Part shown: positions 1 to 8,254 of the stretch, in pieces | Layout of the letters: the number at the start of each line of letters is the position of its first letter | Position numbering within the stretch: position 1 is the first letter of the stretch | Assembly (NCBI GenBank): GCA_947260035.1 | Contig: CAMYOO010000008.1 | Coordinates: 1-51,537 of the forward strand | DNA: 51,537 nucleotides | Direction of reading: 5' to 3' | DNA from: an uncultured delta proteobacterium | GTDB lineage: Bacteria > Myxococcota_A > UBA9160 > JAFDET01 | Notes under the pieces: model-generated | Told to the model about the DNA's origin: nothing | Seen by the model: the letters and a program-made list of their open reading frames with translations, nothing else | Database searches by the model: none | Position numbers and translations under genes: made by a program

Positions 1-1
1 G

Positions 2-964
2 AAGGACCTGCTGCCCGTGCTGGAGCAGGTGGCCCGCCAGGGCAAGCCGCTGCTGATCGTGGCCGAGGACATCGAGGGCGAGGCGCTGGCCACCCTGGTT
101 GTCAACAAGATCCGCGGCACGCTCAACGTGGCGGCGGTGAAGGCCCCGGGCTTCGGCGATCGCCGCAAGGCGATGCTCCAGGACATGGCCATCCTCACGG
201 GCGGCCAGGTCATCGCCGAGGAGCTGGGTCTCAAGCTCGAGAACGTGACCGTCAAGGATCTGGGCAAGGCCAAGCGGGTCGTGATCGACAAGGACAACAC
301 GACGATCATCGACGGCGCCGGCTCGAAGAAGGACATCGAGGGCCGCTGCAGCGAGATCCGCAACCAGATCGAGCAGACCACGTCGGACTACGACAGCGAG
401 AAGCTCCAGGAGCGTCTCGCCAAGCTCGTGGGCGGCGTGGCCGTGGTCAAGGTGGGTGCCGCCACCGAAGTCGAGATGAAGGAGAAGAAGGCGCGCGTCG
501 AGGACGCGCTGCATGCGACTCGCGCGGCCGTCGAGGAGGGCATCGTCCCCGGCGGTGGCGTGGCGCTGCTGCGCTCCCAGAGCACGCTGGCAGGCCTGAA
601 GCTCGACGAGGAGCAGGCGGCCGGAGCCAAGATCGTGCTCCGGGCGCTCGAGTACCCGCTGCGCAAGATCGCGAGCAACGCGGGCGTCGAGGGCTCCATC
701 GTGGTGGACAAGGTCAAGCACGGCAAGGGCGCCTTCGGCTTCAACGCCCTGAGCGAGGAGTACGAAGACCTGCTCAAGGCCGGCGTGATCGACCCCACCA
801 AGGTCGTTCGCACGGCGCTGCAGAACGCGGCCAGCGTGGCCTCGCTGCTGCTGACCACCGAGGCGATGGTGGCCGACCAGCCCGAGGAGAAGGGCGGCGC
901 CGACGCCGCGGCGGCCGCAGCCATGGCCGGCGGCATGGGCGGCGGCATGCCGGGCATGATGTAG
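2..964 (+). CDS. groEL: Chaperonin GroEL, C-terminal part (5' end outside window)
   Basis: Frame is open from the window edge. Sequence ...[24 protein letters not shown]...[41 protein letters not shown]... and the GGM-rich tail ([11 protein letters not shown]) are hallmark GroEL. Confidence 0.97.
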   Translation, partial: KDLLPVLEQVARQGKPLLIVAEDIEGEALATLVVNKIRGTLNVAAVKAPGFGDRRKAMLQDMAILTGGQVIAEELGLKLENVTVKDLGKAKRVVIDKDNTTIIDGAGSKKDIEGRCSEIRNQIEQTTSDYDSEKLQERLAKLVGGVAVVKVGAATEVEMKEKKARVEDALHATRAAVEEGIVPGGGVALLRSQSTLAGLKLDEEQAAGAKIVLRALEYPLRKIASNAGVEGSIVVDKVKHGKGAFGFNALSEEYEDLLKAGVIDPTKVVRTALQNAASVASLLLTTEAMVADQPEEKGGADAAAAAAMAGGMGGGMPGMM

Positions 965-989
965 CCGAGAGGCTCCATCGGACCGTCAA

Positions 990-1028
990 CGGCCCCGGGG
1001 CGCTAAGCGCCTCGGGGCCGTTTCTTTG
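990..1028 (+). terminator. Rho-independent terminator downstream of groEL
   Basis: 14-bp GC-rich stem (cggccccggggcgc / gcgcctcggggccg, one G.U), loop taa, followed by tttctttg. It starts 26 nt after the groEL stop. Confidence 0.75.
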
Positions 1029-1361
1029 CGCGGCTATTCTCAGGCGGCCGAGCCCCTTCGCTCGCCTGCGGCTCGCTGCGCGCGCGGCAGCAGGCTCCTG
1101 CGCACGTCCGGGCCCCGAGGGCCGCGCTTGCGGGCCTCAGGCTCCGGGGACGTATCCGCTTTCCGGCGGGGCTTAGGGCCGGCTTCAGCGCGTTTCCTGG
1201 GGAACCAGCGGGACAGTCACGCCGGCTCCCGGCAGCTAGCGAGGCTGTCCCGCAGGTTTCCGCGCCCCTCGGCCCCCCTCCCCGGGACCTCTCAAGCCGC
1301 GCCAGGCGGCTGCCGAAACGCTCTCTGGGCTCGTTTGCCTTTGTTTTCCAGGGAGTTGCGC

Positions 1362-2714
1362 ATGGATGGGGGCGATGGTGGCCGGCAGGTGGACGCGTTT
1401 CGGCGGCGTCTGGAGGCCATGGAGCTGGACTGCCGCGACGGCCCCGGGGGCCGTTCGCTGCTGGTTCGCCTGACGGCGCGCGGCGGGCCGCTGCCCACGC
1501 CTGCGGGCGATCTAGCCGTGCCCCAGTTCGTGTTCGCCACCGTCGGGGCCAACCGCATCAAGTGCATGGTGCCGCGAGCGCTCTTCTTCCTGCCGCTGAT
1601 CGGAATCGCCGATTGCGACAGCCCCGGCGCCATCGAGGCCCGCATCCGCCAGGCCTGGCGCGAGCGCCAGAACGAGCTGGGTCAGACCCGGCAGTGGCTG
1701 GAGAAGCTGGGCTGCGACGTGAAGCAGCACGCCGAGGTTCCCGTGGCCTTCGTGGAGATCGGCGCTGCGGACCGGCGCTCCGAGCTGGCCGCCGTGGAGC
1801 CCGGCGCCGTGATGCTGCCCAGCGCCGGCCCGCTCTCGGAGTTGACCCTGGAGCGGGCGGAGGATCGCATCTTCCGGCCCGAGGCCGACCTGGACACCGC
1901 CGTCGATCTGGAGATCGCGGCGGGCACGCGCATGGAGGAGTTGGTGCGGCTGCACGACCGACTCGAGCGCCAGGCCCGCGTGCGCGCCTATGCGGCCGAG
2001 CCGGAGAGCGAGCCGGCGTCACGCCACCACCGCATCCTGCTGGTGGGCCGGAGGCTGCTGGGCGACACGGGGCTGATCGAATCCCTGCGCATGCGCGGCT
2101 ACCGGATCGCCGCCGTGCGCGGCGCGGCCGAGGCCCTGGGCGCCTTCGAGCGGCGCTCCTTCGACCTGGTCCTCACCGAATCGGAGCTCGATCGCTTCGA
2201 AGGCATCGAGATGGTGCCGACATTGCGGGCGCTGCCCGGTATCGAGGAGATGCCCATCGTCGTGGTGGACACGCACCTGCGGCCGGAGCTCCGCGAGACG
2301 GCACGCCAGGTGGGCGCCGCCGGCTACGTGACCCACCCCATCGACGTGCCCCTGATCGAGGAAGGCCTGGCGCGCCTGCTCGACTCACCGGGGCGGCGCC
2401 GTTTCCGACGCTACGCGCAGCGCATCGGCGTGCGCGCGGTGGGCGCGTCACGTCCGGAGATCGTGCAGCAGATCAGCCGGGGCGGAATGCTGGTGGTCAG
2501 CGATCGCGAGGTCTCACCGCGCACGCTGCAACGCTTCGCCATCACCCTTCCGGACGGCGCGGGGGCGATCCGCGCCGACGGTGAGGTGGTCTACCGGCTG
2601 CGCTCGAACGGCGCCGGCACCAAGCCGCGCATCGGCGTCCGCTTCGAGCGGTTTCCGGACGACGACGAGCAGCGCCTGATCGCATTCCTGCGGACGCTCG
2701 ACCCGACTTCCTGA
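1362..2714 (+). CDS. Unknown N-terminal domain + atypical (pseudo-)receiver domain + C-terminal PilZ domain
   Basis: ATG at 1362 is preceded by AGGGAG 7 nt upstream. The annotated ORF start at 1026 is TTG and encodes R/P/S-rich junk. The REC-like segment is HRILLVGRR...FDLVLTESEL...PIVVVDTHL...GYVTHPI. The PilZ motifs are RRRFRR (RxxxR) and QISRGG (D/N-x-S-x-x-G-like). Confidence 0.8.
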   Translation: MDGGDGGRQVDAFRRRLEAMELDCRDGPGGRSLLVRLTARGGPLPTPAGDLAVPQFVFATVGANRIKCMVPRALFFLPLIGIADCDSPGAIEARIRQAWRERQNELGQTRQWLEKLGCDVKQHAEVPVAFVEIGAADRRSELAAVEPGAVMLPSAGPLSELTLERAEDRIFRPEADLDTAVDLEIAAGTRMEELVRLHDRLERQARVRAYAAEPESEPASRHHRILLVGRRLLGDTGLIESLRMRGYRIAAVRGAAEALGAFERRSFDLVLTESELDRFEGIEMVPTLRALPGIEEMPIVVVDTHLRPELRETARQVGAAGYVTHPIDVPLIEEGLARLLDSPGRRRFRRYAQRIGVRAVGASRPEIVQQISRGGMLVVSDREVSPRTLQRFAITLPDGAGAIRADGEVVYRLRSNGAGTKPRIGVRFERFPDDDEQRLIAFLRTLDPTS

Positions 2715-2751
2715 CCACGCCACGAGGCGGCGCCCGGCGGCGCCGGCTGGA

Positions 2752-2964
2752 TCAGCCTACCTGCCCCCGGGCGGCGTCGATGTCGCCGTCCATGATGGTC
2801 TTGCGCTTTTCGCTGGCCGCAGAATCCTGGGCCGCGCGGGCCAGCCGTGCGATGTAGTCCTCTACCGCTTGGACGGCCTTGTCCACCGCAGGCCCGGAGA
2901 CCCGGAGCCCACCGCCATGCTTCGCAAGCAGGCGCTTCACCACCGCGTTCGGAAGGTCGGCCAT
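2752..2964 (-). CDS. Histone-fold protein (archaeal HMf-like singlet, 70 aa)
   Basis: ATG at 2964 has GGGAG 7 nt upstream, and two in-frame TGA codons immediately upstream fix the start. The sequence MADLPNAVVKRLLAKHGGGLRVSGPAVDKAVQAVEDYIARLARAAQDSAASEKRKTIMDGDIDAA aligns by eye to HMfB-type histones (LP.A...R.....G..RVS, RKTI...DI..A). Confidence 0.7.
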   Translation of the reverse strand: MADLPNAVVKRLLAKHGGGLRVSGPAVDKAVQAVEDYIARLARAAQDSAASEKRKTIMDGDIDAARGQVG

Positions 2965-3059
2965 TCATCATCTCCCACCCCCCGGTCGAACGCCGCCGAA
3001 CCCATACGACGGGCCGCTGCCGAGGACGCGACCATCCTAGGAGGGCCTGAAAGGCGTTG

Positions 3060-4304
3060 TCAATCGGCCTCGCGCAACGCCGCTCGGGCCGCGTCCTCGG
3101 CCGCCCGGACCACCCGGCGCAGGGGAACCCCATGCTGGCCGGCGGAACGCTTGCAATCGTCGTATTCGGCCGAGACCTCGACGCCGCCATCCGGGTCCCG
3201 GGAGAGCTTCACGCCGATCCGGCCGTAGGGGGTGGCCACCTTGCGGGAGGCCCTGGGCACGACCAGGCGGTCCCATTCGGCGATCCGCACACCCAGGGCG
3301 CTGGACTCGGAGAAGAGGATTTCCGCCAGGGCCTCGCGATCGGAGGGCCGGCCCAGCGCCCGCACCAGGAAGCCCGGCCGGTTCTTCTTGCCCTGGCTGT
3401 GTTGAAGCGAGACGTCCAGGGCGCCGGCCTCGAAGAGCCGTTCCATGAGGTGGTCGAAGTGCTCCGGCACCAGATCGTCCAGGTTGGTCTCGAGCATCAG
3501 GATGCGGTCCCAGGTGGGGCCGCCGTCGCGCCCCAGGACCGCCCGCAGCAGGTTGGGCATGGGCCCCTTGCGGTCGTTGCCGGCACCGTGCCCGATGGCC
3601 TCCACGGTCATGGCGGGAAGGGGACGGAAGGCGTCGACGATCGTCTTCACGATGGCGGCGCCGGTGGGGGTCACGGTCTCCCAGGCCACGTCCGCGGGCA
3701 GCGTCGGAATGCCGCGCAGCAGCTCCAGGGTGGCCGGCGCCGGGAGCGGCAGCCTTCCGTGGTCGGTGTCCACGCTGCCGTGGCCCAGCGCGATGGGGGA
3801 GCAGGTCACCCGCTCGATCCCCAGGCGCTCCAGGGCGATGGCGGCCGCGGTGACGTCGACGATGGCGTCCACGGCTCCCACCTCGTGGAAGTGCACCTTC
3901 TCCAGCGGAATGCCGTGCACCCGGGACTCGGCGCGACCCAGGGCCTGGAAGATCGCCAGGGCCCGCTCGCGCACCGCCGGCGCCAGGCGGGCCGACTCGA
4001 GCACCCCGACCACGTCGCGGTAATGGCGCCCGTGGTGATGATGATGGTGGTGGCCCGCCTTCTTGCGGCGGCGCGGGGCGCTCGGCACCTCGACCCGCAC
4101 GTAGCGCGCGGCCAGCGCGCCCCGGCGCACCTTCGACACGCGCAGCTTGTGCGCGACCTTCAGGCCGGCCAGGTCCGCCTCCAGCTCCTTGCGGGACAGA
4201 CCCGCGTCCAGAAGCGCCCCCATGAACATGTTGCCGGCCACGCCGGAGAAGCAGTCCAGGTGCAGAACCCGCCCCCCGCGCAGCCCGGTCCGACGCGCGG
4301 CCAC
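3060..4304 (-). CDS. larC: Nickel insertion protein LarC (DUF111, nickel-pincer cofactor biosynthesis)
   Basis: LHLDCFSGVAGNMFMGALLDAG..., EKVHFHEVGAVDAIVDV and an internal GHHHHHHHG tract are typical of LarC. The only in-frame start after the larB stop is GTG at 4304, 2 nt after the larB TAG. The 698-aa ORF in the track is an artefactual upstream extension. Confidence 0.85.
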   Translation of the reverse strand: MAARRTGLRGGRVLHLDCFSGVAGNMFMGALLDAGLSRKELEADLAGLKVAHKLRVSKVRRGALAARYVRVEVPSAPRRRKKAGHHHHHHHGRHYRDVVGVLESARLAPAVRERALAIFQALGRAESRVHGIPLEKVHFHEVGAVDAIVDVTAAAIALERLGIERVTCSPIALGHGSVDTDHGRLPLPAPATLELLRGIPTLPADVAWETVTPTGAAIVKTIVDAFRPLPAMTVEAIGHGAGNDRKGPMPNLLRAVLGRDGGPTWDRILMLETNLDDLVPEHFDHLMERLFEAGALDVSLQHSQGKKNRPGFLVRALGRPSDREALAEILFSESSALGVRIAEWDRLVVPRASRKVATPYGRIGVKLSRDPDGGVEVSAEYDDCKRSAGQHGVPLRRVVRAAEDAARAALREAD

Positions 4305-4306
4305 GG

Positions 4307-5056
4307 CTAGAGGCGGTTGATCAGGGTCGCCACGTAGGCGGCCCCGAACCCGTTGTCGATGTTGACCACCGAGACGTTGGAGGCACAGCTGGTCAGCATG
4401 CCCAGCAGCGCCGCGACACCGCCGAAGGCGGCGCCGTAGCCGACGCTGGTGGGAACGGCGATCACCGGCTTGTCCACCAGCCCGCCCACCACCGTCGGCA
4501 GCGCGCCCTCCATCCCGGCCACCGCGATCAGCACCCGCGCCTCGCGCAGCACGTGGCTGGAGGCCAGCAGGCGGTGCAGCCCGGCAACGCCCACGTCCGC
4601 CAGCTCCTCCACCTTGTTGCCGAAGCGGCGCGCGACACCGGCGGCCTCGCAGGCGACCGGTCGGTCCGAGGTTCCGGCCGACACCACGGCGATGGCTCCC
4701 TTGCCGACCACGGGCGTCTCCGCGGGGCCGTACCAGAGCAGGCGTGAAGTGGGGTCGTAGTCGCCACCCGCCTGCAGCCCCAGCACGCGCTCCGCCGCGT
4801 CGGCCTCGACGCGCGTGGCCAGGACCGATTGGCCCTCCGCCCGCAGCACCCCCACCGCCTCTCCGATCTGCTCCGGGGTCTTGCCCGGGCCGTACACCAC
4901 CTCCGGGAGTCCCTGGCGCAGCGCGCGGTGGGTATCGATGCGCGCGTGGGGCGTGTCCACGAACGGCAGCCGCGCCAGAGCCTCCAGCGCCTGCTCGGGC
5001 TGGGTCTCCCCGCGCTGCACCGCCTCCAGAAGCTCCCTGAGCCGATCGCGATCCAT
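4307..5056 (-). CDS. larB: LarB (PurE-like pyridinium-3,5-biscarboxylic acid mononucleotide synthase)
   Basis: Shows the typical LarB/AIR-carboxylase-like fold signature: ...IAVVSAGTSDRPVACEAAGVARRFG...VLIAVAGMEGALPTVVGGLV..PVIAVPTSVGYG.... Confidence 0.88.
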   Translation of the reverse strand: MDRDRLRELLEAVQRGETQPEQALEALARLPFVDTPHARIDTHRALRQGLPEVVYGPGKTPEQIGEAVGVLRAEGQSVLATRVEADAAERVLGLQAGGDYDPTSRLLWYGPAETPVVGKGAIAVVSAGTSDRPVACEAAGVARRFGNKVEELADVGVAGLHRLLASSHVLREARVLIAVAGMEGALPTVVGGLVDKPVIAVPTSVGYGAAFGGVAALLGMLTSCASNVSVVNIDNGFGAAYVATLINRL

Positions 5057-5152
5057 GGGCGGGGAGTGTAGCGAGGGTTGCTCCGGCTCCAGGACCGCGG
5101 CCTCGGGGCCGGTCGGATGGCCTCCGACTCGTCAATCCGTCCGGACGAGCCG

Positions 5153-6901
5153 TCAATCGCCGGCGGCGGCCCCCGTCACGGGATACGTGTAGAGGGCGGT
5201 CCGCTCGGCGTGCTCCGGCCCTTCCGGGAACTCGCGGTAGTTCCAGCGCCAGCGCTCGACCTGGTATTCGACGACGCGCTCGTCCGGCGGCAGGCCCTGA
5301 TTCGCACGCAGCGCGCAGACCTCGAAGAATTCCTGGACCAGCTCCTGCTTCTCCGGCTTCCGGGCCTGGCGGAGCATCTTGCGATAGCGGCTGCCCTTCA
5401 TCACGCCGATCGCCTCACCGAGCCGGGCTTCGCGGCGCTCGCCGGAGGCGTTCACGCTGTAGACCTGGGGGTAGGTCACGTCCCCGCCGCGCCGGGCGTC
5501 CGAGTACATGCTCATGCGGGTGACCGGGTAGTAGTCGATCCAGAAGACCCAGCAGAAGATGAACACGCAGGCCACGGCCCAGGTCAGCCGCCGCAGGCTC
5601 CGGGCGGGATCCAACGCCATCCCCGCGCCGGCTGGCAGGGCCTCCGGGGCCGGACTCGCCTCCGCACGGACCGGAACGCCCCCGAGCCCGGGCAGGCGGA
5701 GACCCAGCGCCTTCAGCACCCGGTCCCACGGCACGAAGATGAACTGCAGCAGGATCAGATCGAAGAAGAGCACGTTCTGCAGCAGCAGGATCCCGATGTG
5801 CATCGTGAACATGGCCGCTGGAAACACCACCCGCGCGTAGCGGTGGAAGAGCACCAGCCCGTAGGCCACCTCGCCGCCCGCCCCGCAGATGGCCAGGAAC
5901 GTGAAGAGCGCGTCCGGGGCGCCCACACTGGCCAACCACAGGGACACCTCGAAGTCGAACTCCATGGGGTTCAGCGTGTCCCGGTACAGCCAGTAGCGGA
6001 AGCTCTCCGCCGAGAACCAGTCCAGTCCTCCAACGCGCAGCTTGCTCAGTCCGGCGGCCACGTAAGGCAGGGCCAGCGTGCACCAGCACAGGTAGCGACC
6101 CCACGCGTACACCTCCGGGCGGCGGAGCGGCACCGGCGCGCGACCACGCAGCGAGCGCAGCACGTGGTCCAGGCTCCAGCGATCGCCGCAGGGCGTGAAC
6201 GACAGCACCAGCAGCATCAGGCAGGGAATCAGGCCGGTGTGATAGAACCAGCTGTACTGCCGGACCATGGCGCCGAGGATCAGGTACCCCAGCGCGGCGG
6301 CCGGCACCGTCCAGCGCGTCCTCCAGCCCAGGCAGGCCAGGAGCAGGAGGACGACCACGCTCGTCTGGAAGACGGCCAGGGCCGTTGCGCTCGTCACGAG
6401 CCAGTCGAATCCCGGCAACGCGTAGAGAATCGCGATCAGACCGCGCGCCTTGACCATGCCGCGAGGCAGGTCGGCGCTGGTGGGGAGCTCCTCCCAGAGC
6501 GCGCTCACGAGCAGGATGCCGGCCGTCAGCATGCGCATGGCGCCCAGCGATTCGGGCCGGCCGCCCGCCACGAAGCGCGGGTAGAAGCCGGGCCAGGCCA
6601 GCAGCCGCGCCAGCCCCCAGGCGGTCATCGCGAACCCGAAGCCCAGCAGCGCGAATTGCCTGCACGGATCCAGGTAGTGGGCCAGCTCGTGTCGCTCCGG
6701 ACTGATCGCCTTGTGGAGGAAGCCGAGGAAGCGCCGTTCGTAGATGCCCTGCACCAGGTACGGCAGCACCACCAGCGAGAGCACCAGCCACGCCGCGGCG
6801 CCGACGACGGGCCACACCCAGCGGTGCGGGCGAACCGGCGTGGCGTCCAGCGGATCCGGCACTCTACTCCTCCCGCCCGCCTCCGGGGGTCGCGCTTGCA
6901 C
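5153..6901 (-). CDS. Polytopic membrane protein, HTTM (vitamin-K carboxylase-like) domain candidate, with a soluble C-terminal domain
   Basis: Many hydrophobic helices. The segment ESLGAMRMLTAGILLVSALW ... FYHTGLIPCLMLLVLSFTPCGDRWSLDH resembles HTTM-domain proteins. An alternative GTG start at 6862 lies 1 nt after the upstream gene's stop; the ATG at 6901 would overlap that gene by 38 nt. Confidence 0.6.
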   Translation of the reverse strand: MQARPPEAGGRSRVPDPLDATPVRPHRWVWPVVGAAAWLVLSLVVLPYLVQGIYERRFLGFLHKAISPERHELAHYLDPCRQFALLGFGFAMTAWGLARLLAWPGFYPRFVAGGRPESLGAMRMLTAGILLVSALWEELPTSADLPRGMVKARGLIAILYALPGFDWLVTSATALAVFQTSVVVLLLLACLGWRTRWTVPAAALGYLILGAMVRQYSWFYHTGLIPCLMLLVLSFTPCGDRWSLDHVLRSLRGRAPVPLRRPEVYAWGRYLCWCTLALPYVAAGLSKLRVGGLDWFSAESFRYWLYRDTLNPMEFDFEVSLWLASVGAPDALFTFLAICGAGGEVAYGLVLFHRYARVVFPAAMFTMHIGILLLQNVLFFDLILLQFIFVPWDRVLKALGLRLPGLGGVPVRAEASPAPEALPAGAGMALDPARSLRRLTWAVACVFIFCWVFWIDYYPVTRMSMYSDARRGGDVTYPQVYSVNASGERREARLGEAIGVMKGSRYRKMLRQARKPEKQELVQEFFEVCALRANQGLPPDERVVEYQVERWRWNYREFPEGPEHAERTALYTYPVTGAAAGD

Positions 6902-7556
6902 CCCCGGTTGTCAGCCGCACCGGAGCCGCGTCGCCCCCCTCGGCTGCATCTCCGTTCACGTGCGGCGCAATCAGCTCCACCCAGCGGGCGTAGCCGGCCT
7001 CATTCAAATGCACCCCATCAATATCGTACTCCTCGCGCAGCGATCCGTCCGCGGTTGCGAACTCCGGGTAGAGATCTGTCTGCGGGAGCTGCTCGACGGC
7101 GGCGGCTTCGCGTATGGCGTCGTTCAGCGTCAGCACGATCTCGTTGCGGTGGGGGCCGCAGGGGGGCAGCGTCATCAGATGGATGCGGGCATCGGGCAGC
7201 ATCTCCCGCAGCCGTCGGACCAGGAACAGGTAGCGGCCGGCCAGCTCGCGGCCGGGCAGCTGGTCGCGCGCGTCGTTGGTTCCGATCAACAGGAAGAGCT
7301 TCACCACGTGCAGGCCCGGGTCGGCAAGCTCATCGAGGCGGGCGAATACGTCCATCACCCGGTCTCCGCCCACCCCCAGGTTGAGCACCTCCACGTTCGG
7401 GAACGCTTCCTTCCAGGGGCCATCGTCGACCAGGCTGTCGCCCAGGAACACGACGACGTCCCGCGGCGGCTCGGGCGCGGATGCGCCGCACGCCAGCCCC
7501 ACCAGAAGCAGGAGGGCGGCGCCGAGCGCGGTTCGCAGCGAGGTCTGCGAGATCAT
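6864..7556 (-). CDS. SGNH/GDSL hydrolase lipoprotein
   Basis: SGNH blocks are present: FLGDSL (block I), GVGGD (II), GTND (III) and DGVHLN (V). Signal peptide with lipobox LVGLAC. Start is ATG 7556 or TTG 7574. Confidence 0.85.
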   Translation of the reverse strand: MISQTSLRTALGAALLLLVGLACGASAPEPPRDVVVFLGDSLVDDGPWKEAFPNVEVLNLGVGGDRVMDVFARLDELADPGLHVVKLFLLIGTNDARDQLPGRELAGRYLFLVRRLREMLPDARIHLMTLPPCGPHRNEIVLTLNDAIREAAAVEQLPQTDLYPEFATADGSLREEYDIDGVHLNEAGYARWVELIAPHVNGDAAEGGDAAPVRLTTGGASATPGGGREE

Positions 7557-7693
7557 GGGCGTTAGCGATAGCAACTTCGAGCGGCCTTCGGGGCCCGCGA
7601 ACGTCGCAGCATGGCAGCTCCCCCGGGGACCTCAGGCTCAGAGTGCCGCAGGCGCACGGGAGATGGCCACCCGGCAGGAGCTGCGGCCGGGCT

Positions 7694-8254
7694 CTACTCC
7701 AGGACCAGGACCAGGTAGCCCTGGACTTCGCGGGTGCCGTCGTAGATGGGAGACTCCAGCAGCAGCCGCTCGGGCTCGCCGGCGCGCCACGAGACCACCG
7801 AGCCCAGCGCGGCGGGCACGGCCTCCTCGGTGAGCACCGGGATCGAGGGCAGCACCACCGCGCCCAATGTGTCGGCAATGGCCGACGCATAGTGCGAGAC
7901 CAGCATGTTGCCCGCCTCGCGCACCGCCGACTCCACGGCGGACTCCAGCTCGTAGGCCTCGGCGCCCATCATCTCGGTCACGATCACTTCCAGCGACGCG
8001 CGGGAGAAGACCACGGCCATCATGCCGCCCACGCCGCCCTGGAGCTCGAAGAAGATCGCCGTGCCGTCCTCGGCCAGAGCCGCGGCGCGCGGAACGGTTT
8101 CGGCGTCGACAGGCTGCGCTCGAGGCGCGTCCATCCAGATGGTCCGGTTGATCAGGCGCGCGAGCGCGCCGGCCGCATGACCCGCTCCGATGCTGGCCAG
8201 CTCTCGCGCGCGGTCGAGCCGGGGCGGCTGCACTTCCGGCGAGAGCTCGCTCAT
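7694..8254 (-). CDS. CheC/CheX/FliY-family CheY-P phosphatase-like protein
   Basis: Two copies of the family motif at exact spacing: DRARELAS-x22-P (Asn replaced by Ser) and SAVREAGN-x22-P (canonical S-x3-E-x2-N-x22-P). ATGA overlap with the cheA stop. Confidence 0.8.
   Translation of the reverse strand: MSELSPEVQPPRLDRARELASIGAGHAAGALARLINRTIWMDAPRAQPVDAETVPRAAALAEDGTAIFFELQGGVGGMMAVVFSRASLEVIVTEMMGAEAYELESAVESAVREAGNMLVSHYASAIADTLGAVVLPSIPVLTEEAVPAALGSVVSWRAGEPERLLLESPIYDGTREVQGYLVLVLE

Noticed and set aside
1029-1361. 330-nt non-coding stretch after the groEL terminator, considered as a possible sRNA (SRP, 6S or other)
   Set aside because: It contains several GC hairpins but no motifs I can match to a known RNA family. 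It is more simply the promoter and 5' UTR of the downstream gene.
2728-2745. Short GC hairpin (cggcgcc-cggc-ggcgccg) between the convergent PilZ and histone-fold genes, considered as a bidirectional terminator
   Set aside because: The stem is only 7 bp and has no U-tract on either strand. Such palindromes arise easily in GC-rich sequence, so it is too weak to call.
3060-5156. 698-aa ORF that appears to be one very large protein spanning larC and larB
   Set aside because: Only the C-terminal 415 aa (from GTG 4304) look like a real protein (LarC). The upstream part is R/G/A/P-rich junk read out of frame across the well-supported larB gene.
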